Shown here in pieces: positions 11,920-25,399 of a stretch of 64,000 bases of DNA. This DNA comes from Lytechinus pictus (taxonomy: Eukaryota). The stretch is taken from contig NC_087256.1 in the NCBI RefSeq assembly GCF_037042905.1, positions 27,962,001-28,026,000 of the forward strand, in the 5' to 3' direction. The notes under the pieces are model-generated. The model saw nothing but the letters and a program-made list of their open reading frames with translations, was not told the origin of the DNA and made no database searches. Position 1 is the first letter of the stretch; each line of letters opens with the position of its first letter. Made by a program: the position numbers and the translations under genes.

Positions 11920-14595
11920 ATGGATGGATCGGGGTTGATCGGGCTCCTTCCAGTGCTGTCCATGGCCGCCTGGGCTTTCGCAGATGTGCCTTACCAATAT
12001 GAAACATCGGGAGGCAACCACTCAGACCATCCAGGCGTCACATCTGTGAATTGTTCACTGGGTTCTTCTATGAAGAATATCTCATGCGTTGGACTTGGTC
12101 TCCAGGATGTCCCACAAGACCTTATTCCTGATGTGGAAGACCTCGACCTATCATCTAATCATATCCGATACCTCTCAAACTCCTCGTTCAGTCCGTACCG
12201 TCGTCTCAGAATTCTATCGTTATACTCTAATCATTTGAGAAAAATGGCTATTGGGTGTTTTTACGCCATGCCGAACCTTGAAATGCTAAACCTAGGAAAT
12301 AATCATCTACAAACGGTAAGATCCGACATGTTTAAAAAATCTAAGAACCTGGTTAGTTTAAGCCTCTATAAAAATATGTTCTTAGAACTCATCCCAAATG
12401 ACATTTTAAGTTGGCTTCCTAAACTGAGGAAACTAAACCTTGGTTTAACTTTTATATCCAGAATACACCTCAGTACCTGTAGTTCTAAGACTCCTGAACT
12501 GGACATAAATTTGGAGAACACATGGATTGCGAATATTACAGATGACACGTTAGCCATTAACTGTGAGATAAATTCACTGTCTATGAAGCAGAACTTGATA
12601 CCTATCTCGGTGATTGAACCACACACTATTGCTTCCCTGCACTCCAGGATATTCTCTTTCAGCTCAAATAAGGTCTCTGCAGAACAATGGAAACCCTTCT
12701 TCATAGGCATTGCCAACTCAGAAATCGAGGAGCTTGTTATACAAGCTAGCCGCATCGAGGAAATTGATCAAAGCTATTTTGAACCTCTGCAAAACAAGGA
12801 GCTTCAGATCCTTGATCTCAGTCACAACAGTTTCCCTAACATCACAAATAGTGGATTCCTAGAACTTCCGCTAGTCCATACCCTTATTCTTGATGATTGT
12901 CAAATTAAAAAAATACATCCCGAAGATTTTACAAAAATGAAAGGATTACGTGTACTTCATCTGAATTCCAATTGGATTAATTACATAAATGATTACTACG
13001 GTAATGTGACGTGGGATATTGATCTTCAAGAACTGTACCTCGCATTTAACAAACTGCATAGTATTCATTTGAAATCTTTTGAAGGGTTGAATAATCTAAC
13101 AATTTTGGATTTGAAGGGTAATGAAGATTTAGAACAGGTATTCATTGCCCCGTCTACAGGTTTATGGAACCTCCAGAGTTTAGATTTATCCCAGACAAGA
13201 TTAGATATAATTACGGTCTATGCTCCCTACCTACAAAGTTTCATTTCAAATGATTGTGAAGAATACTTCTTCATTTATTTGAGTGAATTGGGAATGCTCT
13301 TTAATCACAGTAAATTATTTCTTGAAAATGTATACTTGGAAAATAACGATCTTGTGGACCTTTGGTATAGCATTGATGGAAACTGGGTTTCTGTGTTCCA
13401 AGGTTTAAGGGGACTAAAACTTCTTGATGTAAAGAAAAACCCATTAAGATATCTGAAAGCTGGATTATTCACAGATTTGCAGAATCTCCAAATATTGGAT
13501 CTAAGCTATTGTGAACTCTCTTATCTTGAATCAAAGGCATTTGAAGGTCTTCAACGTCTTAAGAACTTACATCTTCAGGGTAATAGCTTGCACGAGCTTC
13601 CAAGTAGATTGTTTGAAAATACCGGAGAGCTAGCGATGATCCACCTGGAGGAAAACATACTGAGATATCTTGATCGTGATCTTTTTGTGAATTCATCAAA
13701 TCTTCGAAATCTGACTCTTCAAGGAAATCGATTGAGTGGATTTAATCGTAGTACCTTTGCGCCCCTATTTGATCATCTCTATTCAATAGATATTTCGAAA
13801 AATGAGGTTGTATGCACGTGTGATATAAAATGGCTTCCGGTCTGGCTGTCCGGGTCCATCATAGTTTTGAATGAAAATGACACTAGGTGTTCCCCTGCTT
13901 CTCTTGAAGAGCTCAAAGAAAAGCCATTGATGTCATTTAAACCAGCCGAATTGTGTGTCCAAGACATCGGTCTTTACTGCTCTCTACCTATCGTAACAAT
14001 TTGGATATTCATGGTTTTGGCCTTTGCATATCACTATCGATGGTTCTTAAAATATAAGTTGTTCCTCATGAAACTGGCAGTCATTGGATATCGGCAGATC
14101 CAGGATGCTCGAGACTTTGATCAGTATGAATTTCATTTAAACGTGATGTTTGCAGAAGAGGACGAAGCGTGGGTAAGAGATCGCCTCCGTCCAGTCTTAG
14201 AAGAAATGCTTCCTGATCACAACAGAAATATCTTCGGCGATAATGACCTTCCTATAGGTATGCATTACAACGAAGCCGTTGATTACGCTGTAGAAAATAG
14301 CTACAAGACAATTATTTTAGTCAGTAGAGCTGCTATCCAGGACAACTGGTTTGTTATCAAGTTTCGGATCGCTGCGGATCAGGTCAATGACTCTCAGCTA
14401 GAGAACGTAGTAGTGATCTTCTTGGAGGATATTCCGGGCGACGAGCTTCCATTCTTGGTGAGGCTGTATCTTAGTGTTCGCCAACCATACCTTGGTTGGG
14501 AAGAGGATGAAAGGTTTCAAGAGTACTTCTGGCAAACACTGATCAAGATGCTGACCATAAATCTAAGGAGCAATAATGCAATCCCATCCGAGTAA
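11920..14595 (+). CDS. Toll-like receptor, single cysteine-cluster (vertebrate-like) type, intronless CDS, 891 aa
   Basis: Signal peptide, LRR-NT (NCS...ISC...VP), many LxxLxLxxN repeats and LRR-CT (NEVVCTCDIKWL...C...C). TM helix near IGLYCSLPIVTIWIFMVLAFAY. C-terminal TIR domain of echinoid type (NVMFAEEDEAWVRDRLRP...GDNDLPIG...SYKTIILVS...YFW). An acceptor-like TTTTTTCATTCTAG ends at 11904, suggesting a 5'UTR intron. Confidence 0.96.
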   Translation: MDGSGLIGLLPVLSMAAWAFADVPYQYETSGGNHSDHPGVTSVNCSLGSSMKNISCVGLGLQDVPQDLIPDVEDLDLSSNHIRYLSNSSFSPYRRLRILSLYSNHLRKMAIGCFYAMPNLEMLNLGNNHLQTVRSDMFKKSKNLVSLSLYKNMFLELIPNDILSWLPKLRKLNLGLTFISRIHLSTCSSKTPELDINLENTWIANITDDTLAINCEINSLSMKQNLIPISVIEPHTIASLHSRIFSFSSNKVSAEQWKPFFIGIANSEIEELVIQASRIEEIDQSYFEPLQNKELQILDLSHNSFPNITNSGFLELPLVHTLILDDCQIKKIHPEDFTKMKGLRVLHLNSNWINYINDYYGNVTWDIDLQELYLAFNKLHSIHLKSFEGLNNLTILDLKGNEDLEQVFIAPSTGLWNLQSLDLSQTRLDIITVYAPYLQSFISNDCEEYFFIYLSELGMLFNHSKLFLENVYLENNDLVDLWYSIDGNWVSVFQGLRGLKLLDVKKNPLRYLKAGLFTDLQNLQILDLSYCELSYLESKAFEGLQRLKNLHLQGNSLHELPSRLFENTGELAMIHLEENILRYLDRDLFVNSSNLRNLTLQGNRLSGFNRSTFAPLFDHLYSIDISKNEVVCTCDIKWLPVWLSGSIIVLNENDTRCSPASLEELKEKPLMSFKPAELCVQDIGLYCSLPIVTIWIFMVLAFAYHYRWFLKYKLFLMKLAVIGYRQIQDARDFDQYEFHLNVMFAEEDEAWVRDRLRPVLEEMLPDHNRNIFGDNDLPIGMHYNEAVDYAVENSYKTIILVSRAAIQDNWFVIKFRIAADQVNDSQLENVVVIFLEDIPGDELPFLVRLYLSVRQPYLGWEEDERFQEYFWQTLIKMLTINLRSNNAIPSE

Positions 14596-15054
14596 AACTA
14601 TTTACTATCATACTGACTACAAAAACGATAAAGAAAGAAAATAATGTGCCTCTGGTCATCAAGTGCTACGATTATGCGGGTGTCTTTTTTCTATCAAAAT
14701 CTAGCTGCCTGTATTTTTCTTCTTCTTCTTCATCATTATCATTATCATCATCATCCCCTTCGTCTTATTTTTCTTCTTCTTCTCCTCTTTCTCCTCCCCT
14801 TCCTTTTCTTCTTCTTTTCTTCCTACTTCTTCGTTTCTTCTTCAGTGTTCTATTTCTGGGAAAGTCATGAAAGTGGTCAGAGCCGATTTCAATATTCGTA
14901 AGGGCAATCATTCCATCATTATTATTTCACTCCATCCAGTAGATAAATGGCATACTATTGAATTATATAACATAAAAAATTTCCTCAATGTGAAATATAG
15001 ATATCAAGATATTATCATTCTTCCACAAACACCAATAAAATAATGCATTCATTG

Positions 15055-15960
15055 TTGAGTAAGAAGACCAGGCTAACGTTCATGACGATGAACTCCGCAC
15101 CATTTTATAATATTGTCGAGTAACAAAACCATGGTACGTTCATGACGATGAACTCCGCACCATTTTGTACATTGTTGTATATTGTTGTACACCATTTTGT
15201 ATATTGTTGTCCGCATCATTTTTATATTGTTGTCGAGTAAGAAAAACATGATCACTTTCATGACGACGAACTCCGCACCATTTTATAACATTGTCGGGTA
15301 ACAAAAACATGATCACGTTCATGACGACGAACTTCGCACCATTTTATAATGTTGTCGAGTAACAAAACCATGATAACGTTCGTGACGATGAACTCCGCAC
15401 CATTTTATAATGTTGTCGAGTAAGAAAACCATGGTAACGTTCATGATGATTAATTCCGCACCATTTTATAATGTTGTCGAGTAATAAAACCATTATAACT
15501 TTCATTATGATGAACTCCGCACCATTTTATAATGTTGTCGAGTAAGAAAACCATGATAACGTTCATGATGATGAACTCCGTACCATTTTATCATGTTGTC
15601 GAGTAAGAAAACCATTATAACTTTCATTATGATAAACTACGCACCATTTTATAATGTTGTCGAGTAACAAAACCATGGTAACGTTCATGATGATGAACTC
15701 CGCACCATTTTATAATGTTGTCGAGTAACAAAACCATGGTAACGTTCATGATGATGAACTCCGCACCATTTTATAACATTGTCGAGTAAGAAAAACATGA
15801 TCACGTTCATGACGACGAACTCCGCACCATTTTATAATGTTGTCCGAGTAAGAAAACCATGATAACGTTCATGATGATGAACTCCGCACCAGTCTATAAT
15901 GTTTTCGAGTAAGAAAACCATGATAAAATTCATGACGATAAACTCCGCTCCATTTTATAT
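15055..15960 (+). repeat. 61-bp minisatellite, about 14 copies
   Basis: Unit approximately AACGTTCATGATGATGAACTCCGCACCATTTTATAATGTTGTCGAGTAAGAAAACCATGAT, with one interruption near 15170-15225. Confidence 0.95.
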
Positions 15961-16089
15961 ACACTGTATAAAGTATTAACGTCATATTTATTGTGATAGT
16001 CTATATAAAGTGGCGTGGCCAGAAACTGGGGTTCAATTAGACATCAAGCGGAAGTCTTAAAATCGAGGTACGCCATTTGACAAATAATA

Positions 16090-16358
16090 ACAATGATAAC
16101 GTCATATTCTACCCCCGGTAGCCAATTCAGTTCCGAAAACTATTCTTCTAGCGGGCTCAGCTTAACATGATTAACTTAATGCCACCAAGGCTTTAGCATG
16201 GCTACCTTGATTGAATGCTCGTTCATTCACCTCACCCGGGTCAAGTGCAGCATATGTGGGTAAATTTCTTGCTGAAGAAAAACACGCCATGACTAGGAGT
16301 CGAACCCACATCCATCGATTGACAGACGAGAGTCCTAATCACTAGACCACGACGCCCC
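16090..16358 (-). mobile_element. tRNA-derived SINE
   Basis: Minus strand reads GGGGCGTCGTGGTCTAGTGATTAGG (A box)...GGGTTCGACTCC (B box), continuing into a non-tRNA body. The 3' limit is approximate. Confidence 0.7.
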
Positions 16359-18673
16359 AAACACGAATTTATAGTCAATATACATGTATATACATATGTT
16401 TTTTTTTTCTATTGCAACTCAACTGTCTTGCAAAATTACGTTTGATTTGCGATTGATCGTATGTTTCTTGCAACGCCACATTAGTTTGATTAAATATTAT
16501 TCTGTAGTAATACTGTTTCATATCATATTTTCAAAATCTCTTATTGCTAAATGACACCCCGGAATATGCTGCTTTGTGTACTGTAGAAAATACCTTTTCA
16601 GTATAATTTAATGTTTTCTAATATTATTGATAACAATGTATTCTTATATTCTTGGATGTTTATGTTCTTTGATGTAAATAACTATTCATATCTTTGCAGT
16701 GTCAAAGAAATTATCCCACTGCATGCTCGTTATTAAAACGTAATATCTTTATTTTTATCACATGATTATTCTATATTTATAAGCCTTTGGTTTTAACAGT
16801 ATACTGTAACTAAACACGAATTCTAAATAAGAATATTGATTGAACTGTATTATTAGACATCTTTATCGATATGATGATATTCTATTCAGCAAGCAGACAA
16901 TTTCAATACTTAAAAACTTTAAATAAATTTAAACATAAACTGAGAATTGTAACTGGAAGAGATAAACATTTGATTCAGTATGTATTAAGGATCACTTAAT
17001 TAAAAGATGCTTGTATTTTTCTTTTGCTCAGTAAAACATTCTTATTCAATACTAGTATTCAACAAAGCTAAGAATCTCCTGATATAAAGACGGATTGATG
17101 AAGATTAAACTTTCACATCACAAATAACTTGTATGATGATCCCTTGTTATTCTGGTTTATCGGAGTAAAAGAATAACAATTAATTCTCACTGTAATTAAT
17201 ACACGAAGACGATGACGTTAAGGTAATAAATATCGCAACCACTACGGAGACGATTTCTGGAACGTAGATAATCTATTGTCAAAAGTCCTTCGTGGCAAAG
17301 AAGCCTCTGTCGAAAATCGGTGAATCAAAACAGCAGTGTCGCCCGTGACTCTGGATAAACGACGTATTTCCAATTCTTCTTCAGCTCCGAATCTTGGGAC
17401 GGTCTGGTGTCTCGGTGCACCAATTTTGGACAAAGACCTCCCAGTTGTTCATTGTGTTTTGACGGGCATTTTCTATACATTTACTGTGTTTTTTAATCCG
17501 TCCCCGTTGCAACTGCGACACGCTATTGTTGTGAAAGACGGGGAGATAGTATTGTAAAGAGTGCCGTATAGACAGGTCTGCTTCACATACTGCGAATGAT
17601 TCCATATGGATTAGATATATGAGTATACATGCATGCACCACCTGTACCCACCCTCATCCACACGCACAAACGCACCCAATGTTCGATATTTTTAAAAAAA
17701 TTCTAATTTAATCGTAAATGAATCGACATCCACTCCTACACCCACACACACCCTCACGTTCTCACACACACTAGTGCTCACCCTAACTACTCTGTCACAC
17801 ACACCCACGTTCTCTCACAAACACTAGTGCTCACCCTATACTACTCTGTAACACACACACACTCACACATACACACGCACACATCAACTCTCGCACTCGC
17901 AATTCACACTCCCACATTCACACTGAGATCTTCGGAGCCTTAATATGTTCGTAGAGCCACTCTTTTGAGGATTGTTTTCATTTTTCTATGACATTTCATT
18001 ATACCAATTTATTCATTTCATTTATTGGTTTCCGTTTCACAATGTTGTACATAATATAATGAACATAACATAACAAAACAAAGTGATTACACAGACATTA
18101 TATCATATCTAGCATATTTATATATTTGGTGAACACAATTAAATAAATTAAGCTTTAAGAGTAAAACGTAAAATAGAGTATAATGTATTGCTCCTCAAAA
18201 ATACGGTATTTGTATTTTTACTTAAACATTTCGTGTGATGGCAGGACAATGTATGACAGATACAAGGCTGATAAATTAATTTTCTTTCGTTTGTGCTTCA
18301 CAAGAATTCCGATGGATCGACTAAAATGCTTGAAATGAAAACTCAATTATCAACAATTTGATGACGGAATGTTTTGTTGACGTTTTGTGGACAAAATCAA
18401 TCGATTTGTTCATGTCCGAAGCCGGGATTTTTGCAGAGTACACGCAACCTTATCACAGAAGAGTACATTTACACTAACATATGAACATGGATTGAAGGCG
18501 AGTTGTTCGACAGCTTGGCAAAAGAAGGATATTTGTATTTATCTGAGTTTTGGTTTTTCGGGATAGAGAGTAGAATATCGAAATATTTTGCCCGTTTGAT
18601 TTTGAGATGATGTATGTATGTTATAAGAATATTTTAAATTGTAACAGAAAATGACAGTCAAACTAAATTTCTC

Positions 18674-18705
<32 letters not shown>

Positions 18706-20114
18706 GGGGGGGGGGGGCTCTGGCCATATACACACTCTCTGTTTCTTTATCGTTGTATATAAAAAGATAATCACATTTTGGCGTCCGCTGATGTGAAGTT
18801 AAATAAAATGTTCAGTGATCTGAAGGTAAATGCTATACCATTCCTTATCTTCGCTTCGAAAAGACAGCTAATTCCAAATCACTTTGAAGCTATGGTTTGT
18901 CCAAACACCTCCACCATAGCAAAGCAAAGCAAAATGGAATCTATGTTAGCTGTGAAAATGAGTAGATTACTGAATCATAATGAATACATTTTCAATTTCA
19001 TCCAAACTTAGCTCATAAAGCAGAAAGGGAGAATGTTTTTAGAAGTTGATAATATATTATATTGACCAATATTTGACCTCGTGCTCATCATTGTATTCAG
19101 TTGAGTAATCATCTCATCGGCAAATTGACATTACAGCACTCGAATAGTCATTTTATTCTCATCATCCATGCAGCTTTGACATTTGTGTGGGACGGTGATT
19201 AATGATAGCCAAAATTACAGGCTTGGAGCTTACAGGCCCACTGGTCGATATCACATACTATATCCATCTCATATTGAATTACTACCGATGGAGTTGATAT
19301 ATCAGGCACCTATACACATCTGTACAAAAATTAAAAGATTTACAAATTTTTGACTACTTTATACATCACATGAAAAAGAACTTCATCTCAATCAAATACG
19401 AGACTAACTAGAAAGAGAAAACGAGGAGTTCTCACTTCACGAGGCTCGACGGGTTCAAGAACACAGAAAATCTATTGTCAAACGTATTTCATGACAAAGC
19501 AAAACCAAGAAGTCTTTGTCGAAACTTTGTGAATCAAAATGACAGTCTCATCCTGGACTCTGGACAAACGACATATTTGTGTAACTTTCCCGTCAGCTCC
19601 GAAACGTAGGACGAAACTGATGTTCCGGTTCACCAATATTCGACAAAGACCTCCCGCTGTTCATTGGGCATTTGACGGGCATTTTCAATATATTTTCTGT
19701 GTTCTGGAATTCGTTCTCTACTGCGTTTATTTAATACATAACCTTTGATCGCTCATCCTTCCACTCACCCTAGCATCTCCGAGGGGCTCCGCTCAATATT
19801 GTTTAAAAATTAAGACCCACTGCGGAGTTGAACCTGCCAATCATGATCTAGCCCGTGATAAACGTCTTTATATTTCGTCACCTTCACAAAGAGTTCGGTT
19901 TATAACGCATCGCCCCATTGGTCAGATCATGCTCACGTGATGGAGGCTGCTAGATATTCCACCAATCATTTTCCTGGTTAAAGTCTAGAATATTTTGCAT
20001 AATATAAAATGAATCAAATAAGATATGAAAAATCTTCAATCGATATTGTTGGAACTGGCGTGCAGATGAGGGGGTGGAGCATTGCACCCCTCCCCCCAAA
20101 AGTTCCACGACTAA

Positions 20115-20428
20115 CCCTACTAGAAACAACACCATGTCCCACAGTGTATGCCACAGTGTATTCACAGTGTGTTCACAGTGTGGAACACAATGTGAAATCA
20201 CCTTCACACTGTTAACTTTATACAATTTCAACAGTGAGAGTCACATATTCACTTAGTCGACCATGTGAACACGCTGTGAACAGTCCATCTGTCGAGGTGT
20301 CCACAGTGTGAAAATATCTTCACACTGTTGAATTTGAGCATTTTAACAGTGTGAATAATATTTTGCACATAGTCCACTATACGAACACACTGTGATCACA
20401 CTGTGTGACACTGATCTTTCCAGCAGGG
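20115..20428. mobile_element. MITE with CCCT(A/G)CT(A/G)GAAA ends and internal CACAGTGT repeats
   Basis: CCCTACTAGAAA ... TTTCCAGCAGGG termini, with repeated CACAGTGT/ACACTGTG motifs inside. Confidence 0.6.
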
Positions 20429-21219
20429 AATGTTAAAAAAAAAAAAAAAAAAAACAAGAACACGAAGGAGAAAAAAGGAAGAAAAGTAACGGGAATAGGG
20501 GGAAGTATGATATCATTTTTAATGAATTATTTTGTTTCAAAATGTATTTTGATTTAAAGCGCATTTTTTTTTGCTCCCTCGCGACCTTTTAAGAAATGTT
20601 GCTCAACTTGCTCCATACCCATAATGTGCAGTCTCAAAATGCTTGGTTCATTACGGCACTGATTGCTATTAATCACACCATTAGTTATATTATCTATGTC
20701 ATGATTTGTCATCATTGTTGTTATAATTGATGTTATCATTTTTATCAAGGTTATTCCATTAACTGATTGAACAATTTTCTTGACTATTTTATGCTATCAA
20801 TCAGATCATCAACACCATACAGACCTAAAGGCCGAAGTAGACAAAACACAAACAGCAAAGGCGAACAGACAGGTAGAGATAGAACGTGTTATCTGTCTTT
20901 AGTTACATACTAACACAAGCGCGTGGTATGACCTTACTGGTGGGGCTGGTTTCTTGGCGGGAACCTGGCGGCTTAATCTTCTTGAGTATACTCTAGCACT
21001 GGGTCGTCTGCATACTTGTAAAGTCACATTCCGTTAACTCTCTGTTTTGAATGAGGCAACGACAGGTAGAGCTTTGCGACATCTTCATCCTTCACCTCAC
21101 TCTAAATTATCATCCGATACCAGAGAAGTCAGTACTGGAGAGCACGATTGATGCCATGTTGCTAATTGATATTTTTAGGGGTTATCTTTTTGTTGATTTG
21201 TTTGGTAATGTTTTGTTGA

Positions 21220-21700
21220 TATTCTTCTTCTTCCTCCTACTCCTCCTTCTCCTCCTCTTCTTCTTCTCATTATTATGATTATCGTTATAATTATTATTAT
21301 TATAGTTATGAATATCACTTATTTTTTCGTCTTTGTTATAATCTATTCCACCATTGTCGTTATCATTTATCGTTATTATCNNNNNNNNNNNNNNNNNNNN
21401 NNNNNNNNNNNNNNNNNNNNNNNNNNNNNNNNNNNNNNNNNNNNNNNNNNNNNNNNNNNNNNNNNNNNNNNNNNNNNNNNNNNNNNNNNNNNNNNNNNNN
21501 NNNNNNNNNNNNNNNNNNNNCAATCACTTTTATTAGTACTATAATAACTATTATTATCGATAAAAACCACCAACATCACCATCATCATTATGATGACCAT
21601 AATCACCACCATCATCATCATCTTTAGCATCATCATCATTAGCACCATCAACACCACCAATAGCATCACCATCATCATCTTCTTCAGCATCACCAACATT
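21220..21700. repeat. (CTT)/(TAT)/(CAT)n low-complexity tract with an N run
   Basis: Visible simple repeats; N run at 21381-21520. Confidence 0.9.
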
Positions 21701-24559
21701 ACATATCAGATAATAAGTAAAGTGGCCGACGGGTCCAATTTTTCGTTATCTGAGCAGCGTAAGTTCTTAATTCAACGTCATTCTACACCACATTAAACAG
21801 CTGAAAACTACCAAGTCTTTTTTCATTCATGTCAACCATTTTATTCTTAAGAATTCGCGAATGTCACATGACAAATGATAAAAAATGAGAATAATAACAT
21901 TAATACATTCATTATAACGTTTGAGATATAACATTTCCAGTCACAAAATAAAAAATCCTTTGCAAATTACCAAAATTTTATACGCGGCCATGGTAAACTT
22001 TAATGAGGAATACATTTTGTGACGAGAAACTCTGATTTACCATATTTGAGATAAGAATTACACGAATTAATGGTAAATCATTATTTTTCATCGTGAATAG
22101 AAGATTTTGCAAATAGATATTTTCAATAGGTTGAAATCAATAACAACCGATCAAAACGAAGAAAGCTATTGGTCTATTCCATTTATGATTTCTCTGTAGG
22201 ACAGAAATATACCTTTTATCTTTAATAAGCTTCACATCATTAATGCTGTTAAAACTTTGGGTTATAATGTAGTATGAATTATAAGAAACAGCATCTGAAA
22301 TTAATCAAATCGTACTGTTCATGAAGGAGTATGGCCGTGCAAAATGAAAAGAAATATTGGCAAGATAAGATAATTTTCTTATTTGTGACGGGAGTATTTC
22401 AGTTTGAATATAATTTGTATAAGATATTGCCATCACAATAAGTATCACTCGAGTAAGAAGGGTAATCGTATCGACGTTGTCTAACTTAATTACGATCTTA
22501 AATATCATATTTGTTCAATTCATTAAAAGAAATCCGAAGAAATTTGACCTCGGACGAGATGAAATCATACATCTTGCAGCATGCACATGATTAGCGCGTA
22601 AAAAACGATAAAAATACAAATAAAATGGTACGAGCGGTGTGCGAACAAGGCGCACTTGCTGACTTACGTTATGTTATTCGTTTTCAGTGTTTTGTCATAG
22701 GCAAAATAAGAAAGAAAGCAATCAGCAAAAAACACACACACACATTCTTTGGAAAGCAAATGGTATCAAATCCACAAATATCAATACATTCAATATAAAA
22801 ATTGCAAATAATTATTATCTATTCCTTATCATACAGCAAATATACAAATGACACTTGTTGGTTTATAAATAAACATTAATGTGTCTCTTTAAACCATAGA
22901 CGGCTGTTCCCGACGCTCTCGCCAACAGATGTAGACACAAAACCATGTATCTTAGATGTACAAACATTAAATATCATGCGATAAATTTTACATCATAATA
23001 TTTTCCTCGCTATGTCTGCTTCAAACCTTATTTTTCCCAAGTGGAGTACTCATCCGTTTCCTGGTTAAATTCAAGCCATTTTGGCTTTAAAATATTTTGA
23101 CATATATATGTTAATTTAAAACCAGCCTGGTAACCATATCGGAAAACACCAGTTTAAAATCAAACCGACATTGGTTTAACACTAATTGGTGTTGCCTAAA
23201 TGCCATATTGGTGTTAGCTTCAAGCCAAACTGGTGTTTCAACATTTCTCAGGTGTTTTTCGATATAATGTAGATATCAGGCTGGTGTTAAATTAACACCG
23301 GCGTTTTTGCAGTGTATGAACAAATTTGACATTATGTTGAGGAATTTCATTTTAGTCTTGATTATATTTCAGTTCATAGATTCAGTTTTGTTTCAATATA
23401 CAATAGACGACAAAAAAGTAATCAATAATTAAAATTGAATAATACATATTGTTTAAATACTATGGAATTTATATTTGCTCTTAATCGCTGTAAAGTACCT
23501 ACAGAACTCATTGAGATTTGCATGCGCTTGGTATTTATTATTACTTTTACTATGATTGCCAGAATAATGATTGTCTGAGTAAAATGGACAGGAAATATTT
23601 TATAAAAATTATCCAAATTGACTACACCATATATTTGAAAATTTAAGGTGATCCTCCTTCTTCTTTGGACTGCTCGATAGGGTGATTATTATCAGAGGGG
23701 TTAAACACTGGGAATCAAGTCAGTATGCATTATTGAAATGTTGCTATGTCAGAAAATATCTAGCAAGCCCGAAAACGGCTGTCATCGTGAACGGGCATTT
23801 ATTCGAAATGAGGGCACACGATCAGATGAAATGTTACATAAAATTGAACTATTTCCCAATCCATTCCAGCAGACAATAAGCATTCTAAATGGAAGTCTCT
23901 TTTCAAGTGTTAACTGTTAAAGAGTCACAAGTCTCAATGAAATTAAATCTCTGAAATTGTCCTCATTCAATCACGCATGCACCCCCTTCTTACAATCAAA
24001 ATTTGTTGATTGCATATATGCAGTGATCCAAATAATTAGTTACATGATTCAACAACTCTCATGTCAGTCAAACCAAATTTGGAAAAAAAATCAAGATGCT
24101 TGTTAAAAATGATACTCTGAATCGAGAAAGACCGAATTTCAATTTCAGCTGAATTTGAATTCAAATGATTGTGATTCTGATTACGCAACGAAGAAATGGT
24201 CATCAGTCTGACTTGAGGTCGTTCTTACCTTACTAACAGGTTGATAAAAGTCCAAACCAGTTTCACACTCAATACATCTGCATTATTTCATAAGCGTAGA
24301 CAATATTTATGTGGTCAATAAGCAATCATTATTATTTCTCAATGTGCAGACAATAATATGCAATTGTTTTGCTTCAACCCTGTCTCTGAGCACGTATACA
24401 ATAAATAAACAATATTCATCGCCTTAATTCTATTCTTTCTATAATGTGCAAAGTGATTTTTCAATCAATCAACGGTGCATTAGGGACTTAACGATTCAAT
24501 ACCGTACCTTTCAAAACGGTAATCTCGGAGAAAAATATTGAATTTCAACCAAATACCCC

Positions 24560-24715
24560 CAACACCTGCACAGGTTGGTATCCACTGCTTTTCCATTTGA
24601 TTTACGATAGAAGGAACAGTAAATGCCATATCCAAGGGCATGAAGGTAGTGCCAGGAACCGAACCCCAGACTTTCACGCGCGTAGTCAGGCGCCCTGGAC
24701 CAGCTGGCCACGGCA
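24560..24715 (-). mobile_element. Degenerate tRNA-derived SINE
   Basis: Minus strand GTGGCCAGCTGG...GGGGTTCGGTTCC...GCCCTTGGATATGGCATTTA is similar to the 58-kb SINE head. Confidence 0.5.
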
Positions 24716-25399
24716 CATTGCGCATGCGCGAACCACATAACGACCCATCCTCGTAGTTTCCTTGACATTATTTGTACACTGTAAAACTAGTGATGCTAAC
24801 ACTATACCAGTCTGCGTACTGAGAGGACCATACAAATCAATTTACACCAATGTTAAATTAAAGGCGTTAGTTAAACACTGATTAGTTGTATTTTAACACA
24901 TTCTGTTAAGTGTATCTTTAACACAATTTGGTGTTAATGGTACTTTCCAAACTCCTGATAGTGTGGTCCGATCTCAGAAAACCGAATGGTGCTGCTCTAT
25001 TTTTACAGTGTCCATGATGGTTCTGTGATCAGGACAAGGCTTGTTGGTGTTAGGAATATTTTCCTGGTACAATCATCTTCTATTTTGCACGTGTTGAGTT
25101 AGACGCAGGTGCTCTATGTTGTCCGACCTGCAACTCCCATTTTGAATCGTAGGCCCCCTATATATACATAGTCTCTACGACGGAATCATAGTGCACGGCG
25201 CATTGTTCAGTTTTCAACAGTGTCATCGAGGCACTTCAATGTATTGAACTTCGGACGTCTTAATCCTAAACAAAAAAAAACACACAAAAAGCCATTGGAT
25301 GATTTACAAACTGAAATTTTCATCCGTTATCAATCCTCAATATGAGTTAAACTGTCCAAAGGCATTGTGATGGTGATGTAGAAACATCTAGGCTTGACG

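Noticed and set aside
12366-12755. Antisense ORFs within the TLR, KCTD-like and K2P exons
   Set aside because: They are shadow frames of real CDSs with no recognisable domains.
15055-15960. CRISPR-like regular array
   Set aside because: Whole units repeat with no unique spacers, the context is eukaryotic and there are no cas genes. It is a minisatellite.
16280-16358. tRNA genes (also about 58420-58496, 30240-30270 and 24655-24715)
   Set aside because: A/B boxes are present but there is no clean cloverleaf, and each continues into a SINE body.
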